From: an uncultured delta proteobacterium
GTDB lineage: Bacteria > Desulfobacterota > Desulfobacteria > Desulfobacterales > JAFDCJ01
NCBI GenBank assembly: GCA_963769935.1
Contig: CAVYNY010000013.1
Coordinates: 192,001-256,000 of the forward strand
DNA length: 64,000 bases
Reading direction: 5' to 3'
A model generated the notes under the pieces. The model was not told where the DNA came from. It made no database searches and saw nothing but the letters and a program-made list of their open reading frames with translations. Positions 1 through 7,748 of the stretch are shown piece by piece. Both the position numbers and the translations under genes were made by a program. The number at the start of each line of letters is the position of its first letter. The stretch's first letter is position 1.

Positions 1-28
1 TTGCTTCGGATAATGATAAAATATCCAT
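1..28 (-). CDS. N-terminus of a probable Phd/YefM-family antitoxin (runs off window start)
   Basis: Minus strand reads GGAGG-N6-ATG, then MDILSLSEA, resembling the Phd/YefM N-terminus. TTGACA lies upstream at 91-96 (minus). Only 9 codons are visible. Confidence 0.4.
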
Positions 29-140
29 AAAGAGACCTCCATTATAGTCGACCAGAATTATGACCATAAATTAACCGATTTATCTTCCAGTGTCAACAAA
101 ATAAGAAAGCCCCGGCAAAATCTCACCAGGACTTTTTCTA

Positions 141-231
141 TGGTGCCGAGGGACAGAATTTTAGTCGCCTCCGGCGATCGAATGCGCCATAGGCGCACAA
201 GCTGCCGACACGTGAATTGTCATTCCCCTGT
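141..231 (-). repeat. Degenerate 3' remnant of tRNA-Phe (att-like copy 1), interrupted by two 19-nt hairpin insertions
   Basis: TGGTGCCGAGGGACAGAAT...CTGCCGACACG matches the copies at 30242 and 39604. The anticodon arm is decayed and the tRNA 5' end is absent. Confidence 0.8.
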
Positions 232-319
232 CCCCTTGCACCTAACTCCTTATACCTTTTAATGCAATCCCCATTACGCTCTGCTCTATGCGCTAGGCCC
301 ATCCCCCGCAACACGAGAC

Positions 320-470
320 GGAAAGAAGAGCAGAAGATAAGAAGATGAGAAGCCGGGAAGTTGAGAGGCTAAAGGCCGGAACCTCCTAAATTCCCCTGCG
401 CCGTAAGCCGTGTGCCGTCCGCCGTGAGCCTTGCGGCGTAAGCCGTGTGCCGTGGCCCCGCAACGCGCAC
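320..470. repeat. Degenerate short tandem repeats (8-mer AGAAGATA/GGAAGTTG-like, then 7-mer GCCGTAA/GCCGTGT-like)
   Basis: Directly visible periodic sequence downstream of thyA. The 8-mer tract resembles the reverse complement of 44740-44870. Confidence 0.65.
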
Positions 471-1265
471 TTAAACCGCCACCGGCGCCCGAATGCCGGG
501 ATACGGATCGTAGCCGACTACCTCGAAATCCTCGTATTTGAAATCAAAGAGCGAGGACACGTCGGGATTGATTTTCATCTGCGGCAGCGCCCGCGGCTCA
601 CGCGTGAGCTGAAGCTCCGCCTGCTCCCGGTGATTGAGATAAAGGTGCGCATCGCCAAGCGTATGCACGAAATCACCCGGCTCAAGTCCCACGATTTGCG
701 CAACCATCAGGGTCAGCAAAGAATAGGAGGCGATGTTAAAGGGAACGCCGAGGAAAATATCTGCGCTGCGCTGATACAGCTGGCAGGACAGTCGGCCGTC
801 GGCCACATAAAATTGAAACAGGGTATGACAAGGCGGCAGCGCCATTTTTTTAATTTCACCCACATTCCAGGCCGATACGATATGACGCCGGGAACTGGGA
901 TTCGATTTGATCTGCTCTACCACCTGGGTGATCTGATCAACGTGCCTTCCATCAGCCGTTGGCCAGGAGCGCCACTGATAGCCGTAAATGGGACCCAGGT
1001 TGCCGTCCTTGTCGGCCCATTCGTCCCAGATCGACACACCATTTTTGTGAAGCGAACGGATGTTCGTGTCCCCACTTAAAAACCAGAGCAGCTCGCCGAT
1101 AATTGATCGAAAGTGCAGCTTCTTGGTCGTGATCGCCGGAAATCCCTGGGACAGATCAAAGCGCATCTGGTAGCCGAAAACACTGATGGTTCCCGTGCCC
1201 GTGCGATCGTCCTTGGGTACACCGTTTGTGCTGACATGACGTAGTAATTCCAGGTATTGTTTCAT
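471..1265 (-). CDS. thyA: Thymidylate synthase ThyA (264 aa; start at MKQYLELL)
   Basis: [44 protein letters not shown] and HLYLNH motifs; GGAG upstream of ATG 1265. Confidence 0.98.
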   Translation of the reverse strand: MKQYLELLRHVSTNGVPKDDRTGTGTISVFGYQMRFDLSQGFPAITTKKLHFRSIIGELLWFLSGDTNIRSLHKNGVSIWDEWADKDGNLGPIYGYQWRSWPTADGRHVDQITQVVEQIKSNPSSRRHIVSAWNVGEIKKMALPPCHTLFQFYVADGRLSCQLYQRSADIFLGVPFNIASYSLLTLMVAQIVGLEPGDFVHTLGDAHLYLNHREQAELQLTREPRALPQMKINPDVSSLFDFKYEDFEVVGYDPYPGIRAPVAV

Positions 1266-1651
1266 AGTGTTTAGACTCCAGGAGGCTATAATTAATGGAT
1301 TGATCGTCTCGTGCCCACCCACGGATTCGCGGTTGTGCGAAGATACCGCGTAGGATGATGCACCTGCCCGTCTGCGCAACAGTTGAGAATACCGTGTCAA
1401 CACGCAAAATCAGGATTGGCCGCGCCATGCGAACGACTTGCGATGAATAGATATAACTCGAATTATATCATAAACTTGGGATTATATTCGTGTTTTTCCA
1501 ATCAGCACAAGCGGCGGCAAGTATTAAAAACGTATACCAGAAATCTTGTATGTCAATCCCCCTCCAAATACATGATGTTGTGGTTTTGCGGGGCAGCCCT
1601 GGGAACTAAGCGGTGCCATTGGATCACCATGCGATTGATAAATTGAAAAAA

Positions 1652-1697
1652 TATCCATATATAGTGGTTGATTTTTTTCAAACGCTATATATAGTAT
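1652..1697. promoter_or_regulatory. Tandem NrdR boxes overlapping the probable nrdA promoter
   Basis: TATCCATATATAGTGG (1652-1667) and ACGCTATATATAGTAT (1682-1697) fit acaCwAtATaTwGtg and lie 30 bp apart. A possible third box, ATACATGATGTTGTGG, is at 1568-1583. Confidence 0.75.
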
Positions 1698-1975
1698 ATA
1701 TGCGAGTTTTAATCTGGTACGTTGTGAAAAATCAATCGGTATTAAAGTGGATTGACGACCGGCTCAGCGGGCGACGGTTCTATTAGCCCACGTATTGTGA
1801 ATTAGCACAGTGAATCGAGTTGGTTTCAAAACCCCATATAGTCCGCCTCAGACAGATTACGAATTTCTTCGAACAGAATCCCTTTGACCTGAGTTGAACG
1901 GGGATTTTTCAGCCCGGTCCGCTTGGGGCGGAACCCTGTATCGCTCAACCTATGTCTTTATAAAGGATTTTAGCT

Positions 1976-4792
1976 ATGGCGCATAACTATGTTACCAAAA
2001 GAAACGGTGAAAAAGTGTTATTTGATTCCGAGCGAATCAAAAGGGCTGTCGAAAAGGCCTGGCAAGCAGCTGATTATCCGGTCGAATCAGACCAGTTTGA
2101 GCGGGTTAATGCAGATATAATTACCGAAGTCCACGCTATTCTCACGGATTCATCCATCGGTGTCGAGGACATCCAGGATGTCGTGGAGAAAAATTTGGTT
2201 AATCATGGATTGTATGAAATATCGAAAAGATACATTCTCTACCGGGAGAATCGAGCCAAGATACGTCACGCAAAGAAAAAGACGGTTGTCGAGCAAGCTG
2301 AACAGGGCCGCTTAAAGGTTCGGAAAAAAAGCGGCGCTTTGGTGTCGTTTGATAAAAATAAAGTGATGAACACGTTGGCCCGGGCAGGGGCAGATAACGA
2401 CGTCAGTATCGATATCCATTTGATCTATCAGGAATTTCTAAAAAATATTTATAATGAAATAACGACTACGGAATTAGAAAAGCTGCTGCTGCTTTCCACC
2501 GTTGCATTTATTGAAAGAGATCCCCAACTGAGTTTTGTTGCGGCCGGATTGCTGCTCCAAAGAATATATAAAGACGTCATCGTAAAGTCGGTGCAGCGCG
2601 AAACTTTCGAATTAGAGGCCGGGAAAGCCTTTGTTCGCGGCATTCAGCGCGGCGTGGCAAACAAAATATATGATGAGCGCCTATTATCGTTTGATCTTGA
2701 ATTTCTCGCCTCGCAACTGGATTTCAGCAGGGACGCGATCCTTAAATATATCGGCCTGCAAACGCTTTATGAACGCTATCTGGTCAATTGCCGGCAGCAG
2801 CTCATCGAAACCCCGCAAGCCTTTTGGATGCGGGTTGCCATGGGATTGGCCATTCTGGAAAAGGATCGGGAGGAAAAGTCGCTGGAGTTTTATAAGCTGA
2901 TGTCATCGCTCTCATTTGTCCCTTCCACGCCGACCCTTTTTCATGCCGGCTTGTCCCACCCACAGCTGTCTTCCTGCTACTTGAGCATCGTCAATGATGA
3001 TCTATATCATATTTTCAAAGTCATCGGGGATAATGCGCAATTATCTAAATGGTCCGGCGGCATCGGCAACGATTGGACGCGCGTGCGCGCCACCAATGCC
3101 CACATAGCAAGTACCAACGTGCAGAGCCAGGGGGTCGTTCCCTTCTTAAAGATCGCCAACGATACCACCGTTGCGATTAACCGCAGCGGTAAACGCAGGG
3201 GGGCAACCTGTGCGTACCTTGAGACGTGGCATCTTGATATTGAGGATTTTCTCGATTTGCGCAAGAACACCGGTGACGACCGTCGCCGAACCCACGACAT
3301 GAATACAGCCAACTGGATCCCGGATCTATTTATGCAGCGGGTTAAAGCCGGCGGGCATTGGACGTTGTTCTCACCTGATGAGGTGCCGGATTTACACGAT
3401 TTGTATGGCAAAAAATTCAATGCCCGCTATGAAGAATATGAGCGTAAAGCTGACGCCGGCCGAATAAAGCTTTTTAAAAAGGTTGATGCGGTAACACTTT
3501 GGCGAAAAATGCTGACGCGGTTGTTCGAAACCGGGCATCCCTGGATTACCTTTAAAGATCCCTGCAATATTCGCTCGCCCCAGAAACATGTGGGAGTGAT
3601 TCATAATTCTAATCTGTGTACCGAGATTACGCTGAATAACTCAACGGATGAAACCGCCGTCTGCAACCTGGGCTCCTTAAACCTTTTGAACCATATTGAA
3701 AACAACGCCATCGATCAGCAGCGCTTGGCGGCTACCGTCAAGACGGCTGTCAGAATGCTGGACAATACGATTGATCTGAATTTTTATCCGACACCCGAGG
3801 CTGAAAACGCCAATTTAAAGCATCGTCCCATCGCGCTGGGTTTAATGGGGCTGCAGGATGTGCTGTTCAAGCTGCGGCTGCCGTTTGAAGATGAAAATAC
3901 CCTTGAATTTGTCGATGCAACCATGGAGTTCATTGCTTATCATGCCATTGCATCTTCCTGCGGTCTGGCCAAAGAGCGCGGCGCCTACCAAAGCTTTAAA
4001 GGCTCGTTGTGGGATCAGGGCATCTTTCCACTGGATACCCTGGATGAGCTTGAAAAAGAAAGGGGCGCTGCCGTAGCTGTCAATCGGAAAAAACGGATGG
4101 ACTGGAGTGCGCTTAAAGAATCCGTTGCCGCCTGGGGCATGAGAAACTCCAATGTGATGGCCATTGCGCCAACGGCAACCATTTCCAACATCGCCGGCTG
4201 CTTTCCGAGCATCGAACCCATCTATAAAAACATTTATGTCAAGTCAAACATGAGTGGAGAATTTACCGTGGTGAATGACTACCTGGTAAATGATTTAAAA
4301 CGGCTGGGCTTGTGGACTGAGGAGATGCTGGAACAATTAAAATATTATGACGGCAACATCGGTAAAATCCAGTCGATTCCCGTAGAATTGAAAACACTCT
4401 ATAAAGAGGTCTTTGAAATCGATCCGGTTTTGCTGATAAAAATGACCGCGCTAAGATCGAAATGGATCGACCAGAGTCAGTCGCATAATGTTTTCATGGA
4501 GGGCACCAGCGGAAAAAAGATGGACGAAATCTACACCGCTGCCTGGGAAATGGGATTGAAAACTACTTACTACCTGAGAACCATGGCGGTCAGCCAGATC
4601 GAAAAATCGACGCTTGACGCCGTGAAATACTACTTTACCCAGAAAAGAACCTACCTGAATGAACCGATTCCAGCAGCCCAAGCGGCGCTGGGAGTAGGCA
4701 CCAAAAATTTCAGCCTGGGGGATCAAACGCCCGCACGACACATAGCCAGTTATAAGGACATTTTGGATTCCGACTGCGAAGCGTGCTCATGA
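1976..4792 (+). CDS. nrdA: Ribonucleoside-diphosphate reductase alpha subunit, class I, with two N-terminal ATP-cones
   Basis: VTKRNG and VRKKSG ATP-cone starts, PSTPTLFHAG, QLSSC, SNLCTEI, IAPTATIS, TTYYLR, C-terminal CEACS. Confidence 0.97.
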   Translation: MAHNYVTKRNGEKVLFDSERIKRAVEKAWQAADYPVESDQFERVNADIITEVHAILTDSSIGVEDIQDVVEKNLVNHGLYEISKRYILYRENRAKIRHAKKKTVVEQAEQGRLKVRKKSGALVSFDKNKVMNTLARAGADNDVSIDIHLIYQEFLKNIYNEITTTELEKLLLLSTVAFIERDPQLSFVAAGLLLQRIYKDVIVKSVQRETFELEAGKAFVRGIQRGVANKIYDERLLSFDLEFLASQLDFSRDAILKYIGLQTLYERYLVNCRQQLIETPQAFWMRVAMGLAILEKDREEKSLEFYKLMSSLSFVPSTPTLFHAGLSHPQLSSCYLSIVNDDLYHIFKVIGDNAQLSKWSGGIGNDWTRVRATNAHIASTNVQSQGVVPFLKIANDTTVAINRSGKRRGATCAYLETWHLDIEDFLDLRKNTGDDRRRTHDMNTANWIPDLFMQRVKAGGHWTLFSPDEVPDLHDLYGKKFNARYEEYERKADAGRIKLFKKVDAVTLWRKMLTRLFETGHPWITFKDPCNIRSPQKHVGVIHNSNLCTEITLNNSTDETAVCNLGSLNLLNHIENNAIDQQRLAATVKTAVRMLDNTIDLNFYPTPEAENANLKHRPIALGLMGLQDVLFKLRLPFEDENTLEFVDATMEFIAYHAIASSCGLAKERGAYQSFKGSLWDQGIFPLDTLDELEKERGAAVAVNRKKRMDWSALKESVAAWGMRNSNVMAIAPTATISNIAGCFPSIEPIYKNIYVKSNMSGEFTVVNDYLVNDLKRLGLWTEEMLEQLKYYDGNIGKIQSIPVELKTLYKEVFEIDPVLLIKMTALRSKWIDQSQSHNVFMEGTSGKKMDEIYTAAWEMGLKTTYYLRTMAVSQIEKSTLDAVKYYFTQKRTYLNEPIPAAQAALGVGTKNFSLGDQTPARHIASYKDILDSDCEACS

Positions 4793-4873
4793 TTACAGCA
4801 GCTGACAAGGCTTTCCAAATTAAGAAAGGAAGTCATAAAATCCCGGCAGTCGAATTCTATCCGTCAACTCTTG

Positions 4874-4914
4874 AATGCCTAAAATGAGCTAAAATGCCTA
4901 AAGTGCCTAAAATT
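4874..4914. repeat. Short degenerate tandem repeat (TGCCTAAAA/TGAGCTAAAA); inverted copy at 32024-32048
   Basis: AAAATGAGCTAAAATGCCTAAA here matches the reverse complement of TTTAGGCATTTTAGCTCATTTT at ~32027. Confidence 0.6.
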
Positions 4915-5041
4915 AAGAGATGAAATTCGTCTCTAAAGTTGCCTTATCATAACGCCATTAAATAAGGCCGACGGCCAGTTCTACCAACGATATACAAATT
5001 ACAAATAACGCCTAGTCTTGGTTTAAGAGGAGGAGAGACAC

Positions 5042-6037
5042 ATGCCGATTATCAATAGTTCTAAAACGGATCCGAATAAAATACTTCCCATGACCTGCAC
5101 CTGGGCCAGAGAATACTATAAGAACGGAATTGCCAATACCTGGACGCCCGAGGAAATCCCCATGCAGGATGATATTGAGCAATGGAAGTCGTCATCCTTT
5201 TTGAATCCGAAGGAGAGGCGGCTCATTTTATGGAATCTCGGTTTCTTCTCAACGGCGGAGTCGCTTACGGCCAACAATATCGTCCTGGCCGTGTATCACC
5301 ATGTCACGAACCCGGAATGCCGCCAGTATCTGCTGAGACAGGCCTTTGAGGAAGCCGTCCATACCGATACTTTCATTTATTGCTGTGACTCTTTAGGGCT
5401 GGATCCGGAGGAGATTTACACCATGTATGCAACGATTCCTTCGATCAAAGATAAGGATCAATTTGTCGTTGACCTTACCCAAAGTGTCGACAATCCGAAT
5501 TTTACAACCGTGGGTGAAAAGAATATTCAAAAATTCCTGCACGATTTAATCGGTTTTTACGTCATCATGGAGGGTATCTTTTTTTACGCCGGCTTTGCCA
5601 TGATGCTCGCGCTCAAGCGGCAGAATAAAATGGTCGGAATTGGTCAACAGTTTGAATATATTATGCGTGACGAGAGTCTTCACCTGGCCTTCGGCTGCGA
5701 TTTGATCAACACCATTGTCGATGAGAATCCGTCGGTATGGTCATTGGATTTTCAAACCGAGATTACCGATCTTATAGTTCAATCGGTTAGACTGGAAAAA
5801 ATATATGCTCAGGATGCCTGCCCGGAGGATACCTTGGGAATCAATTCGAGCTTATTCGGTGGCTATGTGGAATATGTTGCCGACCGAAGGCTTGAGCGCA
5901 TACGGCTTAAAAAAGTTTTTGGGACGAATAATCCTTTTCCCTGGATGAGTCAGTCGACTGATTTAAACAAGGAAAAAAACTTTTTTGAAACCCGCGTCAC
6001 CGAGTATCAGAATGCCGGTGCCTTGGTTTGGAACTAG
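5042..6037 (+). CDS. nrdB: Ribonucleotide reductase beta subunit, class Ic (R2c, Mn/Fe) type
   Basis: FFSTAESL (Glu ligand), EEAVHTDTF (Phe at the radical-Tyr position), MEGIFFY, RDESLH, KEKNFFETRVTEY. Confidence 0.95.
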   Translation: MPIINSSKTDPNKILPMTCTWAREYYKNGIANTWTPEEIPMQDDIEQWKSSSFLNPKERRLILWNLGFFSTAESLTANNIVLAVYHHVTNPECRQYLLRQAFEEAVHTDTFIYCCDSLGLDPEEIYTMYATIPSIKDKDQFVVDLTQSVDNPNFTTVGEKNIQKFLHDLIGFYVIMEGIFFYAGFAMMLALKRQNKMVGIGQQFEYIMRDESLHLAFGCDLINTIVDENPSVWSLDFQTEITDLIVQSVRLEKIYAQDACPEDTLGINSSLFGGYVEYVADRRLERIRLKKVFGTNNPFPWMSQSTDLNKEKNFFETRVTEYQNAGALVWN

Positions 6038-6192
6038 GATTTTTGATCAATAAGCCGCATTTTGAGAAGAATCGGTTGAGGTTCCGCCGCCGGCCGGCCG
6101 GAACAAAGAATCTTGGTCCAAAGAACCGGGCTTTCAATAATAGAATAATACTGGACAACCCCTATCAAGCAAAAGGATGAGGAGTAAACGAT

Positions 6193-6726
6193 ATGTTAAA
6201 ATCATTAATTGTCGCGATGGCATCCAACAGCGTTATCGGCCACAACGGTGGAATCCCCTGGAGGATTCCGGGGGAACAGAAAATGTTTAAAGAGATTACC
6301 ATGGGGCATTCATTGATTATGGGCCGGAAGACATACGAAACCATCGGCCGGGCGCTCCCCGGCAGGACCAACATCGTCATTTCCCGCCAAACCGACTATG
6401 AGGCCCCGGACTGCATCGTTGTGAATGACTTAAATAGTGCTCTGCAAGCCTGCGATCCCGATGAAAGCGAGGCTTTTATCATTGGCGGGGGGCAGATTTT
6501 TCGGGACACTATTTCTTCGGCCGATAGAATTTACCTGTCCGTGCTGCCAAGGGAGGTGCACGGTGACACCTATTTTCCCGCGTTTTCCGAGTCGGACTTC
6601 GAGATCATAAAGTCCGGCTTCATCGACGCGGTCGTGCCATACTACTTCTACATATATGAGCGGATAAATGGCAGTAAACGCGAGTCTGTTTCGCTTTCCC
6701 TGTCCGAAGCATCGAATTTTTTATGA
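6193..6726 (+). CDS. folA: Dihydrofolate reductase
   Basis: IVAMASNSVIG..GGIPW, IMGRKTYETIGRALPGRTNIVIS, IIGGGQIF, GDTYFP; GAGGAG RBS. Confidence 0.96.
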   Translation: MLKSLIVAMASNSVIGHNGGIPWRIPGEQKMFKEITMGHSLIMGRKTYETIGRALPGRTNIVISRQTDYEAPDCIVVNDLNSALQACDPDESEAFIIGGGQIFRDTISSADRIYLSVLPREVHGDTYFPAFSESDFEIIKSGFIDAVVPYYFYIYERINGSKRESVSLSLSEASNFL

Positions 6727-6790
6727 GGGGCAGAGCGATGCCTTAGAATTGGAAGAATAAGAGAGACGGGTACTTTACCCCAACGTTGCA

Positions 6791-6887
6791 AAAGCCGGAG
6801 GGCTTCAGAGTCAAGGCGTCTGAGGGTGAAGTCGTAGTTCTTTACTTCGAACCCTCAGCAACGCAGAATCTGAAGTCCTCGGGCTTT
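6791..6887. mobile_element. MITE-like imperfect palindrome (~97 bp)
   Basis: AAAGCCGGAGGGCTTCAGA pairs with TCTGAAGTCCTCGGGCTTT, with an inner TGAGGGT/ACCCTCA stem. The core CAAGGCG...GCAACGCAG is shared (inverted) with 17087-17242. Confidence 0.65.
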
Positions 6888-6897
6888 CCCCGGATGC

Positions 6898-7108
6898 TCA
6901 ATCTTTGAAGAAGCCGCTGATTTCAACTGCAATTCCGGAGCGAGTCTTTCCGGCGGCTTCGCCGGTAGCCATGATTATCTCTTTCGAGGCCGGGAAGGTG
7001 AAAGTCATCGCAACTGCCTGTCCGACCGTCATACCGTATCGATCGTCTTGCATTCAGCGATGATCGGAGGATCGCCTTTAAAGAGCTTTCTTGAGTCTCT
7101 TCTGACAT
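6898..7108 (-). pseudogene. Probable internally deleted PilZ-domain gene remnant
   Basis: MSEETQ...NARRSIR (RxxxR) joined out of frame to VGQAVAMTFTFPASKEIIMATGE...SGIAVEI, which resembles the PilZ C-terminal half. Confidence 0.4.
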
Positions 7109-7748
7109 TGGTGTTTTTGCCCTGTTTGTTTTCGGAAGGCTCAATAAACACTTTCTCTGTGCACCAAGGTGTAGACAAGAATTGAATTTGGACTCATAAG
7201 TTATTTTTTAACATGATATCATAAGGTTAAATTGAAACCCGATTGCTGGACATCTAAATTCTGGAAATCACACCTCCGAGAAATTAATCCGAATAAATAG
7301 AAAGATGGAACGGACGACTCCGTTACCCAAACAGTGCAATTCTGGCAATCGCTGTGCTTTGACATAAATTGTGGCTGCGGTGCCTGTGTTCCCACATTGG
7401 TTTCTTATCTCCAACTTAGAAATAAAAAAAGCTTATTGCCCATATCTTGCCAGTATATGCAAATTGGCCTGAGTACATATACGTTTCGTAAATATCACGT
7501 GAATCAAAGCTATCAAATTCTGGGATAGCAGCAATCTGCATTTCTATGATTTATAATTTTTGCCACCGACAGGGGGATTTATCCCCCTGTACCCCCTGAT
7601 TTCTTTTTCCCCGATAGGTATGCTATCTGATATTCAACAGCCCTACGCTACGTTCAGTCCGCTCATACGCTGCCGGCTATCGCTTCGGCAGCTACTCGCT
7701 CCCCTCACTGCGCTTCGGGCCTAAAGGCAGTGCCAAGGGTACAAGGGA

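Noticed and set aside
447..1079. 210-aa plus-strand ORF and similar long antisense ORFs (12965-13885, 19763-20728, 21722-22642, 32456-33271, 59375-60496, 63173-63967)
   Set aside because: Shadow frames opposite well-supported genes, with no recognisable motifs.
1590..1975. Cobalamin riboswitch upstream of nrdA
   Set aside because: Only a short GGGAA...GGTG resemblance; B12-box and other core elements were not found.
1976..6037. Intein or intron in nrdA/nrdB
   Set aside because: Lengths are explained by two ATP-cones, and there are no splicing motifs or frame breaks.
6193..6726. Trimethoprim-resistant dfrA cassette
   Set aside because: GEQ (Glu at the acidic site) recalls some DfrA enzymes but also ordinary DHFRs. 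No integron or attC context.
7343..7455. GG-N10-GC sigma54-like motifs
   Set aside because: Non-canonical -12 elements and no credible downstream gene.
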